DNA of 47,010 nucleotides, from contig NC_057719.1 in NCBI RefSeq assembly GCF_004010195.1, positions 10,796,998-10,844,007 of the forward strand, written 5' to 3'. A model generated the notes under the pieces. The model saw only the letters and a program-made list of their open reading frames with translations, did no database searches and was not told where the DNA came from. The translations under genes and the position numbers were made by a program. The stretch comes from Chiloscyllium plagiosum. Its lineage: Eukaryota. Shown here in pieces: positions 22,383 through 34,273 of this stretch (within the stretch, counting starts at the first letter, position 1; each line of letters starts with the position of its first letter).

Positions 22383-22590
22383 TGTAGCGATTGTAACAAG
22401 GGCTAGGTAGATTTCATTGACTTTGATTGGGGCAATCAGGGAGCCTTGGCTGACAGGTATAAACAGGATATTCAGAGTTCCCTCACTGTAGGGACTGGCT
22501 CTGAGCTGGCTGTTCAGAGCCCTTACACTGTATACATGTAAATAAAGAATGACATGGTGACAGGATACCAGTCTCTGTGCTGTTATTTCA
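22383..22590 (+). repeat. Solo LTR (208 bp)
   Basis: TG...CA termini, TATAAA and AATAAA, imperfect 5-bp TSD GATGG/GATAG, inserted in an old CR1 piece. Confidence 0.75.
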
Positions 22591-23146
22591 GATAGCCTTC
22601 TTAATTACTTGCTGCTCCTGCATACTAACTTTCTATGATTCATTCATTAGAATACTTGGATGCCTCTGCACCACTGAACTCTGAAGGTAAACTATTCATA
22701 GCTGATGGTTTGGCTTTGCTCCATACTGACCCTGCCCCACGATACAAAAGTGATTCGAGGACTAATATCTCAACTCCTGCAAAGCACACAATGGATGGCT
22801 GATCTATCTGGTGCCCTCCAGGTTAAACAAATCATATACCTGGCAGCCACTTCCTGCTGCTCATACCATCTCTTTCCTGACCTGCAGGGAGGCAACAGTG
22901 AACCTTGGTGTTGTTGGGACATGTTACAAAGCCGTGTTACTGCTCTGACATACTATTCCCTCAGGACAGATCTCTCCAGACGCTTCCGCTTTAAACAGAA
23001 CCTGTTGCTTCTAACTTCCGCAAAATAATCAACTTCCACTGTGATCTGCATCCAAACACGGCCCCAGAATTAGATGCTGCCAAGCTTGGAAAAGCCCAGC
23101 CAAAACTATCAGTCTTCCAGTCAATCAAATGTTTGTCCCACTGACT

Positions 23147-25200
23147 TAGAATCATAGAGTCATAGAGATGTACAGCATGGAAACAGACCTTTCGGTCCAA
23201 CCCGTCCATGCCGACCAGATATCCCAACCCAATCTAGTCCTACCTGCCAGCACCCGGCCCATATCCCTCCAAACCCTTCCTATTCATATACCCACCTAGA
23301 TGTCTTTTAAATGTTGCAATTATACTAGCCTCCACCACTTCACTGGCAGCTCATTCCATACACATCCCACACTTTGCATGAAAATGTTGCTCCTCAGATC
23401 TCTTTTATAGCTTTCCCCTCTCAGCCTAAACCTATGCCCTCAAGTTCTGGACTCCCCCACTCCAGGGAAAAGACTTTGCCTATTTACCCTATCCATGTCC
23501 CTCATGATTTTATAAACCTCTATAAGCTCACCCCTCAGCCTCCGACATTCCATGGAATATTAGCCCCAGTCTATTCCACTCCACCCTATAGCTCAAATCC
23601 ACCAACCCCGACAACATCCTTGTAAATCTTTCCTGAAACTTTTCAAGTTTTACAACATCCTTCCAAGAGGAATGAGACCAGAATTGCACGCAATATTCCA
23701 AAAGCGGCCGAACCAATGTCCTATACAGCTGCATCAGCCTCCGACATTCCATGAAATATTAGCCCCAGTCTATTCAACCTCTCTCTATAGCTCAAATCCA
23801 CCAACCCTGACAACATCCTTGTAAATCTTTCCTGAAACTTTTCAAGTTTTACAACATCCTTCCAAGAGGAATGAGACCAGAATTGCACGCAATATTCCAA
23901 AAGCGGCCGAACCAATGTCCTATACAGCTGCAACATGACCTCCCAACTCCTGTACTTAATACTCTAACAAATAAAGGAAAGCATACCAAACACCTTCTCC
24001 ACTATCTTATCCAGCTGCGTCTCTACTTTCAAGGAGCTATGAACCTGCAATCCAAGATCTCTTTGTTCAGCAACACTCCTAGGACCTTCCAATTAAGTGT
24101 ATAAGTCCTGCTCTGATATGCTTTCCCAAAATGCAGCACCTTGCATTTAACTAAATTAAACTCCTTCTGCCACTCCTCTGCCCATTGGCCCATCTGATCA
24201 AGATCCTGTTGTAATCTCAGGTAACCTTCTTTGCTGTCCATTACACCTCCAATTTTAGTGCCATCTACAAACTTACCAACTTTACCTCTTATACGCACAT
24301 CCAAATCATTTACTGCTTTCCCAAAATGCAGCACCTTGCATTTATCTAAATTAAATTCCTTCTGCCACTCCTCAGCCCATTGGCCCATCTGATCAAGATC
24401 CTGTTGTAATCTCAGGTAACCTTCTTTGCTGTCCACTACACCTCCAATTTTAGTGCCATCTACAAACTTACCAACTTTACCTCTTATACGCACATCCAAA
24501 TCATTTACATAAATGATAAAAAGTAGTGGACCCAGCACTGATCCTTGTGGCACTCCACTGGTCACAGGTCTCAATCTGAAAAACAACCCTCCACAACCAC
24601 CCTCTGTCTTCTATCATTGAGCCAGTTCTGTATCCAAATGGCTAATTCTCCCTGTATTCCGTGAGATCTAACCTTGCTAATCAGTTTCCCACTGGGAACC
24701 TTGTCGAATGCCTTGATGAAGTCCATACAGATCACGTCTGTCGCTCTGCCCTCATCAATCCTCTTTGTTACTTCTTCAAAAAACTCAATCAAGTTTATGA
24801 GACATGATTTCCCACGCACAAAGCCATGTTGACTATCCCTAATCAGTCCTTGCTTTTCCAATTACATGTGCCTCCTGACCCTCAGGATTCCCTCCAACAA
24901 CCCACCCATCACCTACATCAAGCTCAGCGGTCTATAGTTCCCTGGCTTGTCTTTACCGCCCTTCTTAAACAGTGGCACCATGTTAGCCAACCTCCAGTCT
25001 GCCGGCATCTCATCTGTGACTATCGATGATACAAATATCTCAGCAAGGGGCGCAGCAATCACTTCCCTAGCTTCCCACAGAGTTCTAGGGGACATCTGAT
25101 CAGGTCCTGACGATTTATCCACTTTTATGTGTTTCAAGACATCAGCACTTCCTCCTCTTCAATATGGACATTTTTCAAGATGTCACCATCTATTTCCCTA
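23147..25200 (-). mobile_element. HER1/CR1 LINE, 5'-truncated, with two internal tandem duplications
   Basis: PGNYRPLSL, QHGFVRGKSC, DFIKAFDKV, GVPQGSVLGP; duplications 23535-23932 and 24119-24508. Confidence 0.95.
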
Positions 25201-25534
25201 CATTTGCTTCAGGAGAAATTACGTTGGTATGAATGCTTCAGCTGTGATTCTATCTGACCTGATCTACTCTGTAATTCTGAACTTTAATGGTGGATGTCAC
25301 TACCCAGAATGCAAATTATATCACAATATGCCCTATCAGTTTCATTAAAAACATACATGCAGCAACAGGACGTGAGTATACAGTAAGCAGTAACAATTAT
25401 CACAGAGTTGTTAAGGCACAGAAAGGTCATTCAGCCCATTATTTCAGACTCAGTGCCACATTCTTATCTTTTCCTCATAACATTTAATTTTTATTTTCTG
25501 TTTAAATAATAATCTAATGGAGAAGAAGGTGACT

Positions 25535-25803
25535 GGGTGGTAATGTCACTGAGGTCCAGGCTAATGCTTTCGCAAAGGAGTTGAAATCCCACTTAAATGC
25601 AATTAATAAGAAAAATTCTAAAATTGTTTGTAATGGTCAATTGTTGTAAAGACCTGATTCTGGGGAAATAAATCTGCTGTCACCTGTGACTCCAAATCTA
25701 CAGTGATGTGGCTGACTGTGAATTAGCTGAATAACCCACTCATACCAGGGGTAATTAGGGATGGGCAACAAACACTATGCTTGCCCACATCCTCTGAACA
25801 AAA
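25535..25803 (+). mobile_element. SINE whose 3' tail is shared with the older CR1-clade LINE
   Basis: AATTAGGGATGGGCAA...GCCCACATCC tail, also at 29905-29975 and 35595-35632. Confidence 0.55.
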
Positions 25804-27239
25804 GTTCAGGTACAGCCTCAAATGGTTTCCATTTAAAGCTCTTGTTAGCTTGTAGGGCAACTCCACCTGTCCCAATGGAGTCTTTCATCGTTCCTGGTTT
25901 CACCATTCACTGGCTTCCCTGAATTAAACGTTCGTACAAATTAGCTGGAAATAAGGGGGCGGGTGAGACAGATGTAAGCTAGACTTACATTCCCTGAGAC
26001 ACTTTTCTGAGGAGATGCATCAGCTGTGAAGTTTTCAGATTCAGTTGTCAACATTCTTGTAGGGTCATAGGCCTTTCCAAATTCACAGGTACATGGAAAC
26101 AAATGTATAAATAGTTGCATACTATTAGTTATATGTAAGCAGATTGCTGAGGCAGTTTGATAAGTAGGTGGGTGTTGGGGTACAGGATCTTTGTAGTTAT
26201 TGATCTGTGAATTTTATTGAAATAATAAACCAGACAACTGACGTACTACAACGATAGAACCTTGAATTTCTGATGAAAGGCCATGGCTTTGAATACAAAT
26301 CATTCAAGGAACAGCATTGCAAAAAATAACTTTGCTTTTGTAAACTTCCTTCCACTACCTCAGTACACTCCAATAGAGCGCTTTGGAAGCGCAGTCTCTG
26401 TGCTACATTTGTGTTATATCAGCTCCATAATGGCAGCAGAGAGGTGTAATTGGGAAGACATTTCAGTGTTTGGCTCTGTTGGTTTCAGGGTTTAAGAGGG
26501 GACAAAATGTCCATTACATGAAAAAGATGTAGCACAGAATCAGGTCATTCATCTCTCAATTAGATAGGTTAATGGCTATCGTGTCTATGGCCTATAGCTT
26601 TGGTCTACCCCAGAAATAGAAACATCTTCACTGCATCAAAACCAACATTCAGAACAAGAGTAACACATTTAGATACTGAAGGCTACTCCACCATTCATTA
26701 GATTGTGTCTGTTCTGCACCACAACTCCATTTGCTCCAATCTCCCTTAGTCCCATTATGTTATAAAAATCCATCATCGTAGTTTTGGGAGTTCAAATGGT
26801 TTCCCTAACAATGTGAATCTTTCAGAAACTATAACTCCAGGTTTCACAACTGGATATACTTTGCAATGTTCCAGATTCCTTAAGTACAATTGATTATGAC
26901 GGAACGCAACAGATTTCTGTTTACTGATGTCATTGAGGGATATGGGGATAGTGTGGGAACATAGCGTGAAGGTCGACAATCAGTCATGAGGTCGAATAAG
27001 TGACAAGCTGAAGGGCTCAGTCCTGTCCCTTATGTTTTCCTTGTTCAAACATTTCCAGTACTGTCAACAAATTGATAATCCCACATCAACAACTCAGAGG
27101 ACAACCCTGGATCAATGACAACTTGAGGCAGGAATCGATTGACAACAGAATGATCAACGCAGTAAATGAGTGTTTTCCTTAACATTGCCAATATGAGAGA
27201 ACTTCTAATGGTTTAAAGCCATGTTTTAACATCAGGCAT

Positions 27240-27590
27240 TAGCCCCATTCTAAGACTTGAGGTGCTAATCCACATCAATACAAGTCTGAGGGACTGCAAC
27301 ATTGTCAGAGGTACCAGCCTTTTGAATGAAATGCAAAACTAAGGTTCCAACTCCACGATCAGGTGAGTCTACGGGACCCCAGGTGGTGTTTGAAAGAAGT
27401 AAGTGAACTCTCCTGATATACTGCCAAACCAACACTAAAACAATTAGCCAATCATTCATTGCATTGCTGCTTGTGGGCCTTGTTATTCCCAATTACTGCT
27501 GCATTGACCTACATTACAAAGGCTACACTTTGACAATAATTCACTGTTAGTGAGGCACTTTGGAAATGCTGAAGACAGAGCAGGCATTGG
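27240..27590 (+). mobile_element. Deu-domain SINE, degenerate
   Basis: GCAACATTGTCAGAGGTACC...TTGCTGCTTGTGGG...CTACATTACAA resembles the Deu domain and tail. Confidence 0.6.
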
Positions 27591-27949
27591 ATAATTTCAA
27601 GTTTACATATTGTCATGTCAAGACATGTTTTTGATTCTTCAATATTTAAGATTCCCATGAAGCAAGATGGGATCCTGGGACTCAAACATGTCCCTATTTC
27701 CTGGCAAAGAAACTGCCCTTGGATTTCAAACACACTCAGTTCTATTTGTGCTTACGTTTCAATGTTGCTGACCTTTGTTGTTCGAGGTTTTGGAGCTTTG
27801 GGATTGGGTATTCTTGGTGGCATATCATGACATTCCTCTGACAAATGTCGATTAGTCACTTGTTATGAATTCAATGCTGGAAGTACCAGGTGGTCGATTG
27901 GGAAGTCAGACTATTACGAGGGCTCTACAGGCCAGTTTACAGGGAGAGT

Positions 27950-28820
27950 CCGCTCACGCAGGCTTGTATTCCATGGTGTATCAAAGGCTTAGGGATTTCT
28001 TAGGATGTTGAGAGGAGTTGTCAGGGTGGATATAACTTTCTAGCTGGTAGGAGTATCTAGAGGCATAAGCTTAAAACTGGAGACAGGCCATTACGGAGAC
28101 AGGTGTGGAAATATTATTTCACACAAAAGATGGTGGATCACTCTGATACACGATGCTCCAAATTCCAGATTAATTGATACTTTTAAATCTGAGATTGATA
28201 AGATTATTTTCTAGCCAATGCTATTGAGAGATATAAAGCTGAGGCAGATGAATTCGGTTAGGATATGCATTAGCAATGATCTCATTGAATTGCAACAGAG
28301 ACTGAGAGGAATTAATATCCTCTTTCTGTTGCTATTTATCAGGTACCATAATTATTACCCCTTGGTGTGGCATTCTGTGTGTCAACCCAGGTTATATGCT
28401 CAAATCTCTGGCTTCAGATGCCAACCAGCTTCACCTGTGGGCTCAGAGGTGAGAGCCAAACATGCTGCTTCGGGGGGTAGATTTAATAGAGATGTTCAAA
28501 AGGTGTTTCGATTGAGTAACAAAAGTATGACGAGCAGCAGGAACTCGAGGACCCAACTGCAAGATAATTGGTGGAAGAGGGGAGGTGGGGAGATGTTTAC
28601 CTTACAGACAGCGAACTCTAATAGTCTGGAATGTACTGCCTGAGACCATGCAGATTCAATAGAAACTTTCACAAAGCAAATTTAAAATATACCAGAAATG
28701 GGAGAAAAAAAACATGCACAGCTATGGGAGAAGAGTAGGGGATTTAATTTGATAACTCTTTCAAAGAGCTGACAAAAACGCAATGGATCAAATGGTCTCC
28801 TTCCAAGGTGCAAGCTTCTA
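27950..28820 (+). mobile_element. Two old CR1 3' fragments
   Basis: Eroded CR1 3' motifs (CTAGAGGCATAAGCTTAAAA, TTCACACAAAAGATGGTG, GGGTAGATTTAATAGAG). Confidence 0.55.
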
Positions 28821-29261
28821 AGAGTCATGTCCTTAGGCAAGAAAAGAAGAAATCGATCTTACAGGGCTTCCTGTTGTTGCAATCCCACCTTCAGAGTAAA
28901 CGTGCAATCACTGCTAGAGAAAACACCACAGAGCTTGGCTCTGGCAATCTTGCAGTCAGATAGTTCAATGGCAAAGGTAGCCCAGGCCCCCTCCCCGAGA
29001 ATTACAATCTGTGTTGACAGGTCTATTCAGTTTGTGTATGTATGTTTGTATGTTGGAAGTTAATGAGGTCTTTGAGTGATTCCCTGGTTGAGTTTGAGGT
29101 CAAAGTCAGCATTACGTTACAAACTTTGTCATGCTTCATGGGTCGGAGATTCTTCAATCCTGCCTCCACTATAATGCTGCTACTCCCAAAAGGGAGGTGA
29201 TACCCTAACAGTACCCAGATAATGTGCTAGGTTCAAATTCTGCCATGGCAGATGGTGAAAT

Positions 29262-29729
29262 TTTGAAAAGATTTGTGGCTCAAGTTGAGTTTCTGGATGT
29301 AAGTTTGCTCGCTGAGCTGGAAGGTTCATTTTCAGACGTTTTATCACCATACTAGGTAACATCATCAGTGAGCCTCTCATGAAGTGTTGGTGTTCGTGAC
29401 CAGCTTTCTACTTATCTGTTTAGGTTTATTTGGGTTGGTGATGTCACTTCCTGTGGTAATGCCAGTTTTTGTGGTACTGTCATTTCCTGTTCTTCTTCTC
29501 AGAGGGTGGTAATGTGGTCCAAGTCGATGTCTTTGTTGATATAGCTCCCCTTGGAATGCCATGCTTCTAGGAATTCCACTGGAAATGACATCACTTAAAC
29601 AGATAAATAGAAAACGGGCCACTAACACCAGTGCTTCACCGGAGGCTCACTGATGACGTACGTTACCTAGTATGGTGACAAAACACCTGAAAGTGAACCT
29701 TCCAGCTCAGTGAGTAAATTTACATCCAA
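29262..29729. mobile_element. PLE fold-back, family 4, with GIY-YIG C-terminus, inserted in a SINE (about 29200-29975)
   Basis: Arms from 29294 and to 29728, each with CTGATGA..GTTACC-TAGTAT-GGTGA-AAAAC; minus frame EFLEAWHSKGSYINKDIDLD; ATGGTGAAAT duplicated at 29252-29261 and 29730-29739. Confidence 0.8.
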
Positions 29730-30458
29730 ATGGTGAAATGTCAATTCAATACATATCTCGAATTCAGAGTCTAATAATGACCATTGTCAATTGTCAGGAA
29801 AAGCCCACCTGGTTCACTGATATTGTTGAAGGAAAGAAACTGCCAGCCTTATCTACTCTGGCCTTCATGTGACTCCAGACCCATAACAACATCATTGACT
29901 CATTGGGTAATTGGAGATGGGCAATAAAAGCTGGAATAGCTGGCAATGCCCATCCCATGAAGGAATAAATAAAAACTGATTGTAGAAGTTGGGCCTCGCG
30001 ACTTTTGGGTCACTTAAGTATTTACCCTAATAGCAGGGTCAAAAGCCAGACGTTCACTGAATTGATCTCTTCTTGTGTTGTGAGGTTTTAATTTCCTTCT
30101 TCTGCCTGTTAGAACCACAGAATCCTGCAGCTGTTGAAGGTGGCATCTCACTACCATCTTCTCAAGGGCAATTAAAGACGGGCAATAAATGCTGGTCCAG
30201 CCAGTGTTGTTCATGTCTCATAAAAGAAATCACAGAATCATTAGGATGCATTCTGTTCTGATTTTTGTTGTGCTTCACCGGTCAGAGGATTCTTCAGTCC
30301 TGCCTCCGCTATAACACCATGGCAGATAGTGAAATTGTTAGGCCATTTAGTCCATTATCCCCTCACCGGTTCTATTACCTAGTGACAATTTTCTGTCTTT
30401 CCCCCATAACCCTATACACCATTTTTATCCAAATAATCATCAATAACCTCATGAATGC

Positions 30459-31102
30459 TGTCACAAAGCTGGTGCCCTTTGTTCTAAAAGCTGTTCCTTT
30501 TCTCAAGAATTATGTGTCCTTGGTTTTTATCAGTGGGAGAATAACCCAGGCCGGGCTCTAATTAGACTGGTTTGGTACAGAGATTAAAGGGTATTGAGAG
30601 GCCTTTTTATTTATATGTAAACAGATGAACTTCAGGCCAAAGTGGTCATGCTTTGGAAGTGACCTGTAAAATGAAAGGAGAGTTGTTCGCTCTCTAGCTG
30701 AGCAGTTCAGTCCAGAACTAGTTAGGAGTTCAGCTGTGTGGAAACAGGCTGACAAACTCTCTCTCTTTATGCCCTTCTAACTTTAACCTATAAGCATCTG
30801 TTCCATTTTTAACTGTTTTAAGGGGGTTTACTTATTTGAACTGTTGCGTATATTCAGAACAGTGTAATTAAATCTAGTTTGGATAGACTGAGTTGTGTAG
30901 GGGTTCTTTATTCTGCTCTTTGTGTTTCATTGTATAATTTTATGAATACATTTCTGTCTGTTTTAAAACCTAGTAGTCAACCTAGCTATCTTACTCCGGC
31001 TCATTCTCACTGTACACTTACCAAACAAATTATGGTCTGCAAAGTTATGGTCTGGGTTGCCTGCTCAAGAATGTTTTGAGTGGTCCGGCCTAGTCCATAA
31101 CA
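30459..31102 (+). repeat. Solo LTR of the Gmr1-like family (644 bp)
   Basis: TGTCACA...TAACA, 4-bp TSD ATGC (30455-30458, 31103-31106), collinear with the reverse complement of 16421-17063. Confidence 0.88.
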
Positions 31103-31502
31103 ATGCGTCAATTGAACCTGCCTCCCCACAATTCCAAGCAGTGCATTCCACATCCTAACTACGCACTGTGTCATATCCCCACGCAATCTCACTCATGGGC
31201 ACAACCATCTACATATGCAAACACGTTCTGGCAGCACTTGGGCAACTTGGTTCCATTCAAATGGTAGAGTCTGCCCTTCACTGAAGACCCTACTGGATGC
31301 CTTTAAGATGACAAATGGAAATGGTCGCTCATCCAGGCAGATTGTCTGTCACTGTGGAAGGTTGGGAACACCAACTAAACTCTAGGAGTAAGCGGAAAAG
31401 CTGAATGGAAGGGTTTTTTTTTTCCTTGGAAAAGTTACCAGGGAAAGCTCACTAAGCATCAAAAAAGAGATAATGGTTTGACAGAACTGGTTGAAGAGAA
31501 AT

Positions 31503-31898
31503 TTCAGATTGAGGTGTGACCTAATAGAAGTTTATAAAATCATGAGGGGCATGGATAGGGTGCATACTCAAGATCTTTTCCCAGGGAAGGGGAGTCAAAA
31601 ACTAGAGGGCGTAGGTATAAGGTGAGAGGGGAAAGTTTTAAAAGGGACCTAAGGGGCAACGTTTTCACACAGAGGGTGGTACGTGTATGGAATGAGCTGC
31701 CAGAGGAAGTGGTGGAGGCTGGTACAATTACAGCATTTAAAAGGTATGTGGATGGTATAGATGTGAATAGGAAGGGTTTATAGATATACGAGCCAAATGC
31801 TAACAAATGGGACTAGAATAATTTAGGGGGATATCTGGTCAGCATGGATGAGTTGGACTGAAGGGTTTCTTTCTGAGCTGTACATCTCTATGACTCTA
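31503..31898 (+). mobile_element. HER1/CR1 3' end
   Basis: GACCTAATAGAAGTTTATAAAATCATGAGGGGC...CTCTATGACTCTA tail. Confidence 0.88.
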
Positions 31899-32313
31899 CG
31901 AGGGCTAGCAGGTAAGAAAAACTGAGCAGAGGTGCTCTGTTAAGGAACTGGAGTACCATCACATGGCTGATTCTCTATCTCAATGACATTCTGCCGCTCT
32001 CTCTCCATACTCCTTGATGCTCTCTATACCCCTACATTTAGCTTCTTAAATGTATCCAGTGACTTGACCTCCACAATGTTTTGTGATTGAGAATTCCACA
32101 GATTCATCATCTTCTAACTGAAGAAATTGCTCATCTCGGTCCAAAATGGTCTATCGTGAGAAACATCACGCAGGGATTCAGTTCTGTCCAGTCCTGTTAG
32201 ATTTTTATACACTTCCATCTGATCTGCTCTCATTCATCTAACCTCCAGTGACTACAGCCCACCCAACCTCTCCTCACAGGACATCCTGGCATTCTGGGAT
32301 TCCCTCTGGTGAA

Positions 32314-32400
32314 GAGATGGAAATGTGTTGCTGGAAAAGCGCAGCAGATCAGGCAGCATCTAGGGAACAGGAGAATCGACGTTTCGGGCATTAGCCCTTC
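32314..32400 (-). mobile_element. 87-bp PLE single-arm insertion with TSD, inside an old CR1 fragment
   Basis: TTCCCTCTGGTGAA at 32300-32313 and 32401-32414; ends in the hammerhead core. Confidence 0.82.
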
Positions 32401-33283
32401 TTCCCTCTGGTGAACCTTGGTTGCACTCCCTTGATGGCAAGTACATTTCCCCCAGGAACTCTGGGACAAAAGAGAACAGACAAAACTAATGCAATCCCAG
32501 AAGATGAGTTATTTGCAATGGGTATTTAGTTTAAAATTACAGATAATTTATTCTTGAAATCCTCTTTTCCTTTGGCCAGGAATTGGTTGTGACAAGAGTC
32601 ACATCACAGAGATAAAACATCTGAAATATTAAAATGCCAATTTGGAAACACAGCCTGTGCGTAGAAATTCAATTGCTGATTGATGGGACAGATTCTGTGG
32701 AATGACACTTCTGTGCGTCCTCAAGTAGATAACTGGTGGTGATCTTTCTGGTGGTAAACTGGTGGTTTACCTTTCTGGAAGTCAATAGGCAGCTGAGTCT
32801 ACACATTGACTGATTGAAAGGCTGGAGTGTATTCAATACCAAGACAAAACTGATTAATGTCATCAGATGTCAAATGATTGTGGCGATGGGTGGGAAAAAG
32901 TAGGTATTCACCACTTTATAGAAATTGTCCAAGATTGATGACATGATGGCCATTTGGCACATCATGGCAGTGGTGGTTGACTGAAGGCCACTCAGTTTCA
33001 TCCTGTCACCTTCCTTCAGTAGCTCTGTAGTCCTACAGCTCATGCCTTTGGTAAGTAGGCATCCAGGGACTTTTTAAATATGCTGAGAGTGTCTGTCTCT
33101 ACTAACCTCTCAGGCAGTGAGTTCCAGATGCCTGCCACACCCGAGGTCCACAGAATGGGCTCTTGTTGTGCTGATGTTGTCCAAACTCAGGACAAGGTAA
33201 GCAAGTTTAAAAAAAGACAAAGAGAGGATAAAAATAAAAAAGAAAAGCAGTCAGAGCGGATACAGCACCTTTACTCCATGCCA

Positions 33284-33668
33284 TCTTGGATATTTGGCAC
33301 AAACTGCCTGGAGAAGTGGTTGAGGTGGCTACAATTACAATATTTAAAAGACATTTGGACAGGTACGTGGATAGAAAAGTTGAGAGAGATATGGGCCAAA
33401 CATGGGAAAATGGAACTAGTTCAGTTTTAAAACCTGGTCAACATGGACAAATTGGGCCGAAGGGTCTGTTTGCATGCTAAATGGCTCAATGGAGAATATG
33501 GGGATAGAGTCATAGAGATGTACAGCATGGAAACAGACCCTTCAGTGCAACACGTCCATGCTGACTAGATATCCTAAATTAATCTAGTCCCATTTGCCAG
33601 CACTTGGCCCATCTCCCTCGAAACCCTTTCTATTCATGTACCCAACCAGATGCCTTTCAAATGTTGTA
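33284..33668. mobile_element. Two CR1 3' tails, tail to tail (33284-33480 +, 33505-33668 -)
   Basis: Match to the 3' ends at 2402 and 46080. Confidence 0.8.
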
Positions 33669-34273
33669 ATCGACTGAGGTTTGCCAGCAACTTAAAGTTG
33701 TGCTTGAAAGAAAAACAGGCATTCCTGAAAAATCTACAAATACAGCTGTCAGACAAAGGCCTGAGGTATGAAGCTAATGCTTGTGGGCTAGAAACGAACA
33801 GATCGAATCGAAAACTTAACACAGAGGATTGAAATGATGCAAAAAAACCAATGTTGACATAAACAAAAGTGCTTTTATTTCTATATTGGGTGTGAGTAGC
33901 ATCTGGAATGATAGACCTGAGAGTGTGGTGGAGTTTCAATGGGGGCACAAAGAAGACCATGCCTCCCACATCGAGGCAATTGATGTTGCTCTTCCGAAGG
34001 AAGATATGGAACTGTCTCCAAATTGGTAAATCTTCATTGAAATGATCTCATACGTCCAAACATTTTTTTGTTAACACTGATCACAAAATCCATTTATTGT
34101 GAAGCAGAAACATGGAAAGGAATGAAAACTTTAAGAAACACAGAACTTACGTTGGCCGTAAATATTGATGAATAGTTTGGAAATTTGCTGGCCAGAATAG
34201 GGAACTGGGGGATTAAAACTGGATGGAGAGAAAGGATAGCAAAACTGGAGTCAATGGGAATTAGGAGGATAGC

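Noticed and set aside
13355..31102. One large LTR element bounded by the LTRs at 16421 and 30459
   Set aside because: The LTRs are in opposite orientation, visibly diverged, and the second has its own TSD
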